NCBI RefSeq assembly: GCF_018350175.1
Contig: NC_058379.1
Location: 29,760,001 to 29,824,000 of the forward strand
Length of the DNA: 64,000 bases
From: Felis catus
Taxonomy: Eukaryota
Direction of reading: 5' to 3'
The first letter of the stretch is position 1; each line of letters starts with the position of its first letter. Position numbers and translations under genes: made by a program. The notes beneath the pieces are model-generated. The model did not search any database. It was not told where the DNA came from and saw nothing but the letters and a program-made list of their open reading frames with translations. Below, in pieces: positions 1 through 13,045 of the stretch.

Positions 1-2317
1 CAGCCAGAATTGGGAATGGGACACAGAACGGCAGTAAAGGGGACAAGGAAGAATCAGTGAGAAGAGGGGCAGCCTGGACAGACGCTAGCTTTATTTAAAG
101 TGTTGACAGTTTTCCAGAGTGTGTTTGCATTAATTTTTATTTTTTTGTATTGTATTAAAATATGATTTATCTGAATTACTGAGTTTTTAGCATCCCTTAA
201 ATTTTGTGCCCAAGACTAGTGCCTCATTCACCTCACCCTGGTATTCTGGGTAGGGAAGAAACAAGGAGGCAGTGGCAGGACGTCCACATGGGTGGTGGGT
301 GCTGTCATCCCAGGGTTCCCAGGCCTCCTCCTCTCAACTGATGAGGACTACCTCCTTGCCCTTTCCCTGCTGGCCAGAGGCCACTCCCTGGAGCAGTAGG
401 GCGCAGGCTCCAGCTGATACTTCTGACTTGGGAGTGGGTCTTCCTTGCTGTCCCCAGGTCACCAGACCCTTAGCCAAGGACCTTCAGCCAGGGCCACCTC
501 CTGTGACTGACCCCTAAGACCCTGAGCCCACCCAAGGTATAATGCCCCTTTGCTGAGTGACCCCAGGCCCTCCTCTCTGTGTGTGGTAGGAAGTCCCTGG
601 ACAAAGTGCCAAGAATTTGGGTCCATCTATGATAATGAGTGACACAACAGCACGTTCATTGTGGGCACTAATCATTTTAGGGGCAGAACCGCCTTCAGCA
701 ACCCCATAAAGCAGAGGCTGCTGTTACCCCCATGTTACAGATAAGGATAGAGGTCCAGAGAGATGAAATGACCTGCTCATTGTCACCCAGCTGGTGCAGA
801 CTCCAACACTCAAACCCAATAGTTTCCAGCTGTCCCCACTTCCATCTCCTAACTGGTGGGACTGACAAGTCTGCCTCTCCCCATCTCAGTTGCCTACTCT
901 GCAAGGCAAGGGGTCTTAACTGAGGGAGGGCCTTGTAACCTGACACCCACTCCAGAGATGCTGGGGCTGCCTCAGTGAAAGGTTAGAATAAGATGAGCTG
1001 ATTTTGTTTGGTACCAGCAGTCCAGCCAGGGAGGGGGTCAACACCTATGGGTGTTGGGTGAGGACTGGCATCTTGGTGTCCATCAGGGCCCAGGAAAACA
1101 TAAGGAGAGATGGAGCCCCCACTGGGGTCAAGCCCTGTGCTGAGGCTGGGATTCCAGGGGAGCAAGGTTTGGCCCCAACTCAAGGTTCAGTAGGAGAGGG
1201 GGCCAGATGAAGCAGCAGCCACACACAAAGACAATGACAAGGTAGTAGAGGCACAAAACACTCAGGAAGCTCTCAGCCATCTGCAGGGCTGCAGTGAGTG
1301 GGTACTGGGGCCAAGATGGTCTGAGAGAAGGCTGAACAGGTGACCAGTCTCCAACCTAGAGGACCGATCCCTAGAGGACAGACTTCATCTGGGGGATTCC
1401 AGGGAACTTTTGCAAGGAAAGGACATGACCAGACTTGGGTGGGTGAGGGTGGGAATCCAGATGTAGAGTGACTTTTCTGGGGGGTGGGGGCAGTGTCCCA
1501 GGAGGAGTGGACAGACAATTGGAGATTCAGGAAGAGGGGGAACAGGAAAGGGAAGATCCAGGGTGCCCAACCCCAGATTTTTTGCTAGATATCTAAGAGA
1601 ATGCTGTGACTGCACCAGTGTGTCCTATATTTTAACAAAATGGTCCAAGAGAAGGAGAAGTCTTGCAAGGTATTGGTCTCTCCCAAGAAGGTCCATTCAT
1701 TTTTGGGCCACTCAGGGTCAGTGGATGCAGACAGGATGGGCCTGAACCAAGGGGGTCATGTGCACACTTGAGGATGGACCTCTTAGACCATTTTTGGAGC
1801 AGTAAAGTGGGAGGGGGGAGGATGTCCAAGCTGGTTTTACAGATGGAAGGCTGTTGGCCAGTGATGGGGTCTCTCCAGGCAAAGGGAGGGTGAGGTTCAT
1901 CAGGGAGCTGCGGGAGGGGAAAAGGAGAGTGGCAGCAGACCGCAGGGGGTTTTATGTATTTGCACTTTTTCTTGAAGACCTTGAGGGACGTAAGTAAGGG
2001 ATACTCACAGTCAGACTTGTGTCTTGGAAAATGGCTCTGGATTTTTCCATGCCAAATTAGAGGAGCAGCGAGGGGGCTGTCTACACAACGACCAAGATCA
2101 CCTGTGAAATTGACAAGTGAATTTAAAGTGATGGTACCAGGGGCGGCTGGGTGGCTCAGTTAGTTAAGTGCCAGATTCTGGATTTTGCTCAGGTCATGGT
2201 CTCACAGTTAGTAGTTGGAGCCTGGCATGGGGCTCTGTGCTGACAGTATGGAGCTTGTTTGGGATTCTGTCTCTCTTCCTCTCTCTGCTCCTACCCTGCT
2301 TTCACTTGGGGGTGTAT

Positions 2318-2351
<34 letters not shown>

Positions 2352-2642
2352 AAAGTAAATCAACTTAAAAAAAAAAAAAACACTTTTAAAATGATGGTAC
2401 CAGAGGGTCGACAGGGGAGGAATGAGTGCTCTCATGGATGGTCAGTGGGAGATAAAATTCTTGGAACAAATAACATCAGTTGCCAAGATTCAAAAAAAAT
2501 CTGCATTTCTTTTAATCAAGTAATTCCATCTCTAGAAATTTATCTTGAAATAATCAGAGCTTCTGCTAAATATTATAAGTGGGGAAAAGGTGGAAACAAT
2601 CTCAATGTCCGATGATAGACTATGGTATATCCATGGAAGGGA

Positions 2643-2794
2643 NNNNNNNNNNNNNNNNNNNNNNNNNNNNNNNNNNNNNNNNNNNNNNNNNNNNNNNNNN
2701 NNNNNNNNNNNNNNNNNNNNNNNNNNNNNNNNNNNNNNNNNNNNNNNNNNNNNNNNNNNNNNNNNNNNNNNNNNNNNNNNNNNNNNNNNNNNNN
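2643..2794. other. Assembly gap (others at 8484-8755, 10592-10757 and 43403-43540)
   Basis: Runs of N. Confidence 0.99.
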
Positions 2795-5202
2795 AACATA
2801 ATCAGGATCTAAAAATTTTAAAAAATATTTACTTATTTACTTTTGAGAGACAGAGAGAGATAGCACAAGTAGGGGAGGGAGAGAGAGAGAGAGGGAGACA
2901 CAGAATCCCAAGCAGGCTCCAGGCTCCAAGCTGTCAGCGCAAAGCCTGACACAGGGTTCAAACCCATGAACCGTGAGACCATGACCTGAGCTGAAGTCAG
3001 ATGCTTCACCAACTGAGTCACCCAGGCACCCCACATAACCAGGATTTTTTAAAACAGGTTACAATCTGTTCCATATCAATCTTTCTATTTCTATTTTATT
3101 TTAACTTACACAGAGTAAAATTCCCTCTCTTTCATATAGTAATTATATAAATTTTAATAAAATCATATAATCATGTAACTATCAACACAATCAAGACAGA
3201 GAACATTTCCACCCTCACCCAAACTTCCCTGTGTCCCTTCTGTCGTCAGTCTCTTTCTTCGCCCAACCATGGCAACCACTGATCTCTCTGTGATCCTATA
3301 GTTTTGCCTTTTCCAGAATATCTTACAAATGGAATTTTGGAGTATGTAACCTTTTTGTAAATTAAACTTTTAATTTCAAGATCATTTTAGATTCACATAC
3401 AGTTATAAGAAACAATACAGAGGGGTCCCATGTTCCTTTCACCCAGTTTCCCCTAGTGGTAATGTCTTGTAAAACCATAGTAAAATATCACATCCAGGAT
3501 ATTGACATCGATACAGTTAAGGTACAGAACATTTCCCTCTCCACGGACTCCTCACCTTGCTCTTCTATTGCCACTCCCACTTCCCTCCCTTCCAAGCTCC
3601 TTCCTTTCCTCCTGGAAACTACTAATTCGGCCTTCATTTCCAATTTTGTCATTTCAAGATTGTTGTATAAATGGAATCATATACTGTGTAACATTTGGCG
3701 ATTAGCTTTTTCACCCAGCATAATTTTCTGGATGTCCATTCAGATTTTGGGGTGGATCATAGTTTGATGCTTTTCATAACTGAATAATAATATTCCAAAT
3801 ACAGAACCTTTTGAGTCTGGCTCCTTTAATTCAGTATAGTGCCTTTGCAGTTGACTCAGGTTATCCCATTTATCAATAGCTTGTTCCTTTCTATTGCTGA
3901 GAAGGATTCCACTTTAAGTGTATTACATTTTGTTTGGCCATTCACCAGTACAGTGATGAATGAAAGGAGAAAAAATAAGCATCTTTGTCTGGTTCCTAAA
4001 CTTGAGGGGAAAGCATTCAGTCTAGCACCAGTGAATATGATGTTCAAAGTGGATTTTTCATAGATGGTCTTTATAAAGTTGAGGAAGTTCCCTTCCATTC
4101 CAAGTTTTTAAAGTGTTTTGGCATGAAATTTTGTTGAATTTGTCAAATATTTTTCTGCATCAATTGAGATGATCATGTGGCTATCATCCTTAATTCCATC
4201 ATTATGATATGTTCTATTGATTGATTTTCTTAAGCTGAACCACTCTTGCATTCCTGGGATAAACCCCAGTTGCTGTATGATTCTTTTTAATATGCTATTG
4301 GATTCACTTTTCTAGTACTTTGTTGAGCATTTTTGCATTGTATTCATCAGAGATATTAGTTTGCAGGTTTTTTGTGATGTCTTCACTCAGCTTTGGTATC
4401 AGGGTAATTCTGGCCTCATAGAATGAGTTAGGAAGTTTTTGTTTCTTTTTTATTTTTCAGAAGAGTTTGTGAAGGATTGGTGTCACCTTCTTTAAATATT
4501 TGTACACAAACAAAAATTAAAAATTAAAATAAATTTTAAATAAAGTAGGACTTTCTGGTAAAACCATCTGGTCCTGGGCTTTTCTTTGTGGGAATGTTTT
4601 TTTGATTACCATTTTAATCTCTTCAGTTGTTATAGGCCTGTTCAGGTTTTCTATTTCTTCTTGAGTCAGTTTTGGAAGTTTGTGTCTTTCTAGAATTTGT
4701 TCATTTAGTCTAGGTTATCTGATTTGTTGGTATTCAGTTGTTCATATTATTTCCTTATAATCCTTTTCACTTTTTCATGGTGTGTAGTGATGTCCCAACT
4801 TTCAGTCCTGACTTTGATAATTGGAACCTTCTCTCTTTTGTATTTGTCAGTCTAGTAAATGTTTCTCAAAGCTGTTAAACTTTGAAGAAGCAGCTTTTGG
4901 TTTTACTGATTCTCCCTATTGTTTTATATTCTCTAATTCATTTATTCTACTCTACTCATTATTATTTCCTCCTTTCTGTCAGCTTTGGAATTAACTTGCT
5001 CTTCTTTTTCTATTTCCTTAAGGTAAAGTTAAGTTATTGGTTTGAAATATTACTTCTTTTTTAAAAAATGTTTACTTATTTTGAGAGAGAGAGAAATAGA
5101 GAGACAGAGAGAGAGAAAGAGAGAGAGAATCCCAAGCAGAATCTGTGCTGTCAGGGCAGAGCCCCATGTTGGGCTCCATGCTGTGGGGAGCTTGCTTGAG
5201 AT

Positions 5203-5237
<35 letters not shown>

Positions 5238-5623
5238 TTCCTGCTCATGGTCTCTGTCTCTCAAAATAAGTACATAAGCTTAAAAAATAAAATAGATATA
5301 GGTGAGTTTTAAATATTTGTGTCTTTTAAGGAATTGGTCCATTTCATTTAAGTTGTGAGATTTATTAGCATAAGGTTTTTTCTAGTATTCCCTTCCTAGC
5401 ACTTTAGTGACTACAGGATCTGTAGTAATACCCCTCTTTTATTTCTGATATGGACAATTTGTCTTATCTCATTTACTTGCTCAGTATGGTTAGAGATTTA
5501 TCAATTGTATTGATTTTTCAAAAATCAGATTTTTATCTTATTAATTTTCTCTATGTTTCTCTGTTTCAGTTTCATTGATTTCTGCTCTTCACTGTTTCTT
5601 CTACTTGGGGTTGATTTTCTTGA

Positions 5624-6234
5624 TTTTCTAAATTATTTTTTTATGTAAGGACTTAAGATTTATTGAAACTATATATCACAATAGAATCTTTAACCAGGAA
5701 AGCAACTTTACAGTGACAAAGTATGGAAGTAGATTCACAACCACAGGCTCTACTTACAGCCGTATTAAGATCATACTCCCCAGAAACTGCCAGACTGATA
5801 GAAAGAGTTGAATTAACAAGATAAAAACTCAGTGGATCCAGATGACCTGCTTTATCTTGCTTGGGAGAGAATCAGAGTGTGTAGATGATTGTTTTAGGCA
5901 GCATCTGCCTGGTATGTTAGGAAGCAATCTGATCATACATATGGTGAATTCCCCTTAATTTCTATTTTAAAATGTTCTTTTTTTTAGCCCCCCAAACTTT
6001 TAAACAAAGTTAACAAACAGTGTATTATAGGTTTCAGGAGTAGAATTTAGTGGTTCATCACTTACATATAACACCTGGTGCTCATCTCAACAAGTGCCCC
6101 CTTAATGCCCATCACCCATTTAGCCCATCCTCCTACCCACCTCCCCTCCAGCAACCCTCAATTTGTTCTCTGTATTTAAGAGTCTCTTATGTTTTGTCTC
6201 CCTCTCTGTTTTTATCTTATTTTTCTAAATTCTT
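5624..6234 (-). mobile_element. 5'-truncated carnivore L1 3' end carrying a 3' transduction
   Basis: TSD TTTTCTAAATT(A/C)TT at 5624-37 and 6221-34; L1 3'UTR ~5995-6220; non-L1 sequence 5643-5977 with AATAAA (TTTATT 5659-64). Confidence 0.7.
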
Positions 6235-7322
6235 AAGGGTGTAAGTTTAGAGAACTGAAGTGGATGAAAAAGAAAATACAAAATATCAATATTTATGGGA
6301 CATAGATGAAGCAGTGCTTAGAGGGGAAAGCTTATATAAGAAAATAAGGGGGAGCACTCAAATATGTAAATTAACTAATCACAAGCATAAAGAAACTCAT
6401 TGATAATAATACCATAATAGTAGGGGACTTCAACGCCCCACTTACAACAATGGACAGATCATCTAAACAAAAAATCAACAAGGAAACAATGGCTTTGAAT
6501 GACACACTGGACTGGATGGACTTATCAGATATATTCAGAACATTTCATCCTGAAGCAGCAGAATACACATTCTCCTCCAGTGTACATGGAACATTCTCCA
6601 GAATAGATCACACACTGGGACACAAATCAACCCCCAATAAGCACAAAAAGATTGAGATCAGACTGTGCATATTTTCAGATCACAACGCTATGAAACTTGA
6701 AATCAACCACAAGAAAAAATGTGGAAAGATAACAATATTTGGAGACTAAAGAAAAGAAGAAAAGCATCACATAAATTTTGTTTTAAAATATGAATAATAC
6801 ACTTATTTATTTTAAGTAAACCCTACCCTCAATGTGGGACTCAAACTCACAACCCCAAGATCAAGAGTTCCATGTTCTACCAACTGAGCCAGCCAGGTGC
6901 CCCAATAATATACTTTTTTAAAAGCCTAGAAGAAAATATACTAAAACTATTAATAATGTTTATCCATAGTGGACTTACAAATAATTTTAACTTTAAGTTT
7001 CTTCTTTGATTTTCTTTATTTCCCAATATTTCCTTAAGATCATGTGTGTCTTATTTTGTCTTTATTATTTTTTTGTTTTATTTTATATTAGAGAGAGACA
7101 GAGACAGAGTACGAGCAAGGGAGGGGCAGAAGGATGAAAACAGAATCTGAGGCAGGCTCCAGGCTCTGAGCTGTCAGCACAGAGCCTGATGCGGGGCTTG
7201 AACTCACGAGCCATGAGCTCATGACTTGAGCTGAAGTCGGACACCCAACCGACTGAGCCACCCAGGTATCCCTTATTTTGTCTTTAAATATAATTTTTTA
7301 TCATGTTAAAACACACATAACA

Positions 7323-7545
7323 GGGGCGCCTGGGTGGCGCAGTCGGTTAAGCGTCCGACTTCAGCCAGGTCACGATCTCGCGGTCAGGGAGTTCGAGCCC
7401 CGCGTCAGGCTCTGGGTTGATGGCTCAGAGCCTGGAGCCTGTTTCCGATTCTGTGTCTCCCTCTCTCTCTGCCCCTCCCCGTTCATGCTCTGTCTCTCTC
7501 TGTCCCAAAAATAAATAAACGTTGAAAAAAAATTAAAAAAAAAAC
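7323..7545 (+). mobile_element. Young feline SINEC
   Basis: GGGGCGCCTGGGTGGCGCAGTCGG head, (CT)n, AATAAA and A-tail; TSD ...CACACATAACA. Confidence 0.9.
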
Positions 7546-9717
7546 CACACATAACATAAAGTATATCAGCCTAATTACTTTTAAGTGTAGAGTTTGGTGG
7601 TATTAAATACATTCACTTTGGTGTGCAGCCATCACCACTGCGCATTGCCAGAACTCTTTGCATCTTGTGAATCTGAAACTCTATACTTTTTAAAAAACTT
7701 ATTTATTTTGAGAGAGAGAATGGGGGAAGGGCAGGGATAGAAGAAGAGAGAGAATCCCAAGCAGACTCTGCACTCTCAGTGCAGAGCCTGATGAGGTGCT
7801 CAAACCCATAAACCATGAGATCATGACCTAAGCCGAAATCAAGAGTCAGACATTTAACTGAGCCACTCAGGTGCCCTGAAACTCTATACCTTTTAAACTC
7901 TATATCTTTTAACCCCCTGGAAACCATCATTCTACTTCCTGCTTTTATGATCTTGACTACTCTGAATACCTCACATAAGTGGAATCATGCAGTATTTGAG
8001 CACTAACAGTGCAGAAATGTTCCAATTTCTCTACATCCTTACCAACACTTGTTTTCTAGTTTGTAATTTTAACAGTAGCCATTCCAATGAGTGTGAGGTT
8101 GTATCTCATTGTAGTCTTAATTTGCATTTACTAATTATTGGTAATATTGAGCATCTCTCATGTGTTTATTGGCCATTTGTGTATCTTCTTTGGAGAAATG
8201 TCTGTTCAAGTCTGTTGCCCATTTTTGAATGGGTTGTTTGGTTTTTTCCCTTGACTTATAGGAGTTCCCTATATATTATGATATTAATCTTTTATTACAT
8301 ATATGATTTGCAAATATTTTCTCCCATTCTGTTCGTTGCCTTTTTACCCTGTGGATAGTGTCTTCTGTTGTACAAAAATTTGAAATTTTCATTTCAAAAG
8401 TCAAAGTTGTCTAGTTTTTCTTTTGTTGTCTGTGATTTCAGTGTCATATCTAAGAAATCATTGTCAATCTGATGTTATAAAGCNNNNNNNNNNNNNNNNN
8501 NNNNNNNNNNNNNNNNNNNNNNNNNNNNNNNNNNNNNNNNNNNNNNNNNNNNNNNNNNNNNNNNNNNNNNNNNNNNNNNNNNNNNNNNNNNNNNNNNNNN
8601 NNNNNNNNNNNNNNNNNNNNNNNNNNNNNNNNNNNNNNNNNNNNNNNNNNNNNNNNNNNNNNNNNNNNNNNNNNNNNNNNNNNNNNNNNNNNNNNNNNNN
8701 NNNNNNNNNNNNNNNNNNNNNNNNNNNNNNNNNNNNNNNNNNNNNNNNNNNNNNNTGTCAATACTACACTGTCTTGATTACTGTAGTTTTATAGTGATTC
8801 TCAAAACCTTATAATGTCTGCCATCCTTCCAAGTTTGTTCTTTCCCTTCACTATTGTATTAGCTATTCTGAGTCCTTTGCCCTTCTATATAAACCTTAGA
8901 ATCAGTTTGCCAATATCCACAAAATATTTCTGGGAAAGCAATATTGCTGTGAATTTGATTGGGGATTGCATTTAATCTATAGATCAAGTTGAAAATAACT
9001 GACATCATGATAATATGGAGTCTTTCTATCCATGAACATGGAATATTCTTCCATTTACTTAGGTTTTCTTTGATTTCTTTCATTAGAATTTGTAGTTCTC
9101 CTCATATAGATTTTGTATATATTCTGTTAGATTTATACCTAAGTAGTTCCTTTTGAAGGGGATGATAATGTAAATGGTACTGTTTTTAATTTCAAATTCT
9201 ACTTGTCATTGTCAGTATATAGAAAAGTAATTGACTTGTATATTAATCTTGTATCTGTAACCTTGTTATAATTGCTTACTAGTTCCAGAAGTTTTTTGGT
9301 CAATTCTCTTGATTTTCTTCATAATCACATACTTACAAAGACAGTTTTATTTCTTCTCTCCCAATCTGTATACCTTTTGTTTCCTTTTCTTGTCTTATTG
9401 CATTAGCTAGGACTTCCAATATGATATTGAAAAGTGGTGGTGAGAAGGGACGTCCTTACCATGTTCTGACCTTATTAGGAAAGCTTCAAGTTTTTCACCA
9501 TTAAATATGATGTTAGCTGTAGGGGTTTTTGTGGATATTTTTTAGCAACTTGAGGAAATTCCCTTCTAGCCCTAGTTTACTGAGTTTTTTTTTTTTTTTT
9601 GTCATAAATGGTGTTGGGTTTTGTCAGATGCTGTTTCTGCATCTATTGATATGATCATGTGATTTTGTTCTTCTTTAGCTTGTTGACATGATAGATTACA
9701 TTAACTGACTTTTAACA

Positions 9718-9930
9718 ATTTTTTTTTTAACGTTTGTTTATTTTTGGGACAGAGAGAGACAGAGCATGAACGGGGAAGGGGCAGAGAGAGAGGGAGACAC
9801 AGAATCGGAAACAGGCTCCAGGCTCTGAGCCATCAGCCCAGAGCCTGACGCGGGGCTCGAACTCACGGGCCGTGAGATCGTGACCTGGCTGAAGTCGGAC
9901 GCTTAACCGACTGCGCCACCCAGGCGCCCC
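9718..9930 (-). mobile_element. Young feline SINEC
   Basis: Full-length reverse copy; TSD CATTAACTGACTTTT. Confidence 0.9.
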
Positions 9931-10201
9931 CATTAACTGACTTTTAAATGCTGAACCAGCCTTGTATGCCTGGGATAAATCCCACTTGGTTGTGGTGTAT
10001 AATTCTTTTAATACATTCTTGTATTCAATTGGCAAATATTTTGTTGAAGATTTTTGCATCTATATTAATAAGAGATATTGTTCTGTAGTTTTCTTTTCTT
10101 ATAATGTCATTGTCTGGTGTTGGTATTAGGGTAATGTTAGCCTCATAGAATGACTGAGATTGGTAAAATTTTATGCTATGTATGTTTTACCACACATACA
10201 C

Positions 10202-10240
<39 letters not shown>

Positions 10241-12094
10241 AAAAGAAAAAAAGAGGAAAATGGCACTACACACAACAGGACAGATGGAGAGATAAATATT
10301 ACACTTTAAAAAGGTATTTAAATGTATTTTATTGCTTAATTGTGTTATATATGTAATATTATTATAATTTTAAAACAAAAATCATATTGCAGCACAAAAC
10401 CAACAACATCTGACTGGACCAGCTTCTAAGGTGGAAATGCACTGGTCCAATCCTCTGGCGGAGATGTTTGCATGCAATAAGCCCCAACTTAATGTCACAT
10501 CCTTGTATCAGTTAGGAGTTAACATCAGCAAAGGCAAAACCTGGGGCTTCTTGTGGTTTTTGAGTATCAGAGGGTGATTCTATTGCTTCTCNNNNNNNNN
10601 NNNNNNNNNNNNNNNNNNNNNNNNNNNNNNNNNNNNNNNNNNNNNNNNNNNNNNNNNNNNNNNNNNNNNNNNNNNNNNNNNNNNNNNNNNNNNNNNNNNN
10701 NNNNNNNNNNNNNNNNNNNNNNNNNNNNNNNNNNNNNNNNNNNNNNNNNNNNNNNNNAGGCTTCAGGCTCCAAGCTGAAGAATCTGACACGGGGCTCGAA
10801 CTCACAGACCATGAGATCATGACCTGAGCTGAAGTCGGACGCTCAACCAACTGAGCCACCCAGGCGCCCCTTGTTTTAACTTTAAAAGGGAATATTTAGA
10901 TGCACGATCTAAGAAGACAGGTTTTGGGCCTGAGAGTTGGGTAGTGAGAGCACTCGTGGTCACGTGTGACAAGGTGAAGACAGACAAAGGGCTGGGTTAG
11001 GGGGAAAGGGTGGTCAGTCTCATTTGGACACGGAGAGTTTGAGATTCTTACTGGACATCCAGCTGGAGATGGTCAGTAGGTAATTTAGGGAGAGCCAAGA
11101 AGAGGGTTTGGGGCTGGAATAGACTCAAGCATTACAAAATGGGCAGTAGTGGGAATCCACAATGTAGGAAGATGGCAAAGAAGGAGGAGGACCCAGGGTG
11201 CCAGTCTGGGAGTCAGCTGCCATGCATTGACTGGGGTGAAAGAGAAGTCAGGGGAGAAGAATGTGGGATCTCAGGTGCCAACAAGAAGAGAGTCACTGAA
11301 AAGAGAGGCTGACTCTGTGTTGAATCCTGTAGAGCCATAATGTACAACAGGAACTAGGGAATTGACCAGGAAGAAGACATTGTTGGTTCTGACCTGAGAG
11401 CTTTCAGGGAGAGATGGAGATGAAAGCCAGGGGAGCCTGCCATGTCCAAGCATGTGAAACAGTGCCTGGAGCTACTGTTGGATGGATGGGTGGGTGGATG
11501 GATGAATGGATGGATATGTGGATGATGGGTGGATGGATGGACACATGGATAGATGGACAGACAGGTGTCTCAGAAAGACAGTGGTCTGAGAGATCAGAGA
11601 AAGCTTCATAAAAGAGGTGGAATTGAATTGTGTCTTTGATGTGTAGAGAAAAAGTGTGTGTTTGGGTCTTCACATGGGAGCACCATGAGTCAGGAATGAC
11701 CCAGTCCCAGACCAGTAGGCTCAGGGAGGAAGCCACCTGGCTAGACCATGAGAAATTGTAGGAGAGGAACCCTCAGAAGCCCTAAATGAGGCCAGAGAGG
11801 TCAGACAGGTCTGAGCCAGTTTAGGACTCACTCTGCCACACCATGTGAAAGAACTAGGCACTCAAGGATTTATTGAACACCTACTGTATGCAGTGTCACT
11901 GTCAGCACTGAGGATCAGGAGATGACCAAGACAGCCTTGGAAAGGGGTAATACACAAGACCATGGGTGGAGTTGGCCTCAAACAGAGGGCTAGGCACAGG
12001 GACACCTCAGGGCTGTGGGCTCATCCAGGTGTGCCACAGCTTCTGGGAGGCTGGCTGCCCAGCCCCACCTGCTACAGCCCTGTGCCCATCACAG

Positions 12095-12213
12095 GTTCCT
12101 GTTCTGGCCTGGCCCCCACGGGGCAGGCCCCAGGTGCTGGCCTGGTGGGTTTTGGTCCGAAACTCAATCACCCTGGCTTGTTTTCAGTGAAGGAACCCAG
12201 CTCACCGTCCTAG
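12095..12213 (+). CDS. IGLL1: Lambda5 / immunoglobulin lambda-like polypeptide 1, exon 2 (unique region plus J-like beta strand)
   Basis: Acceptor acAG|G at 12093-94 and donor CTAG|GTAAGT at 12214. Translates (R)[39 protein letters not shown](G), matching the GPRCWP..GF and GTQLTVL motifs of IGLL1/IGLL5 exon 2. Its phase joins the C exon in frame. Confidence 0.85.
12148..12175 (+). other. Degenerate 12-bp-spacer recombination signal sequence embedded in IGLL1 exon 2
   Basis: GGTTTTGGT (12148-56) + 12-nt spacer CCGAAACTCAAT + CACCCTG (12169-75), directly before a 38-nt J-like segment. The heptamer lacks the essential terminal GTG. Confidence 0.75.
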
Positions 12214-12837
12214 GTAAGTGGCTTTCACCATATTTCCCAACATGTCCCACCCCTCTGTTGTCTGAGGAAAGTTACTTTCTCTGGAGGCCGTTTCCTATCT
12301 GCTTCCCAGCCTTAAGGGAAGATTTGCCCTTAGCAAATCTGTGGGATCTGGGGGAGGTGGGTTGGTCTCAGGGAAACCAGAAGGAAGAACTTCAATGGTA
12401 CAAGCATTTACCTTTAGAGTCTGACAATTGAATGTGGTCAGGTCCTAGGGCCTGGGTTAGGGGCGTTGGTCCAAAACTGGGGACTGCTTCCCTTCTTCCA
12501 GAGCAGACACCTGTGTGGGGTCCAGAGACTGGTTCTGACTAGGGGCACTGGGGCAGCCTTGGAGAGAGTCGTTTGGAGTCTTGGCTAAGGGCTTGATGCC
12601 CATCCATGAGGTTGGGGACATGGCTGGGGCTGTGACCTCAGCCTTCAGGAACATAGAGGAGCAACATGAGAGGAGGTCCATGGGAGGAGGACAGAGAGGT
12701 CTGGTTTGGTCCAGGCTGAAGCGCTCGGGGCCTCTATGAGGCTATGAGGATGCAGGGACACAGAGACATGAGTGATGCAGGACAAGGTGACCAGAAGCAC
12801 GGCCCTCCCAGGACATTGATCAGAAAGGAGTGGGTCC

Positions 12838-13045
12838 TGGGGCACCTGGGTGGCTCAGTCGGTTACGTGTCCAACTTTGGCTCAGGTCATGGTCTCACAG
12901 TTAGTGGGTTCTAGCCCCATGTTGGGCTCTGTGCGGACAACTCAGAGCCTGGAGCCTGCTTCAGATTCTGTGTCTCCCTCTCCCTCTGTCCCTCCCCCAT
13001 TCTCTCTCTCTCTCAAAAATAAGTAAACACTTTTTAAAAAAAGGA
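12838..13045 (+). mobile_element. SINEC in IGLL1 intron 2
   Basis: tRNA-derived head, CT tract and A tail. Confidence 0.85.

Larger units (their letters stand above)
3085..10150 (-). mobile_element. Mosaic of mostly antisense LINE-1 fragments interrupted by SINEs; sense ORF2 endonuclease fragment at ~6350-6750
   Basis: L1 ORF2 peptides in the ORF track (NFLNFIKTIYEK..AFP..GTRQ; WKNIPCSWIERL; DIFRTFHP..HGTFSRIDH..SDHNAMKLEIN); AT-rich. Confidence 0.9.

Noticed and set aside
1009-1095. WYQQ...HQGP reading suggestive of a VpreB or V-lambda remnant
   Set aside because: No upstream Cys, no RFSGS or YYC, flanked by stops; likely chance.
7278-7514. Recurrent ORFs containing GAPGWRSRLSVRLQPGHDLAVREFEPRV
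   Set aside because: Translations of SINEC copies, not genes.
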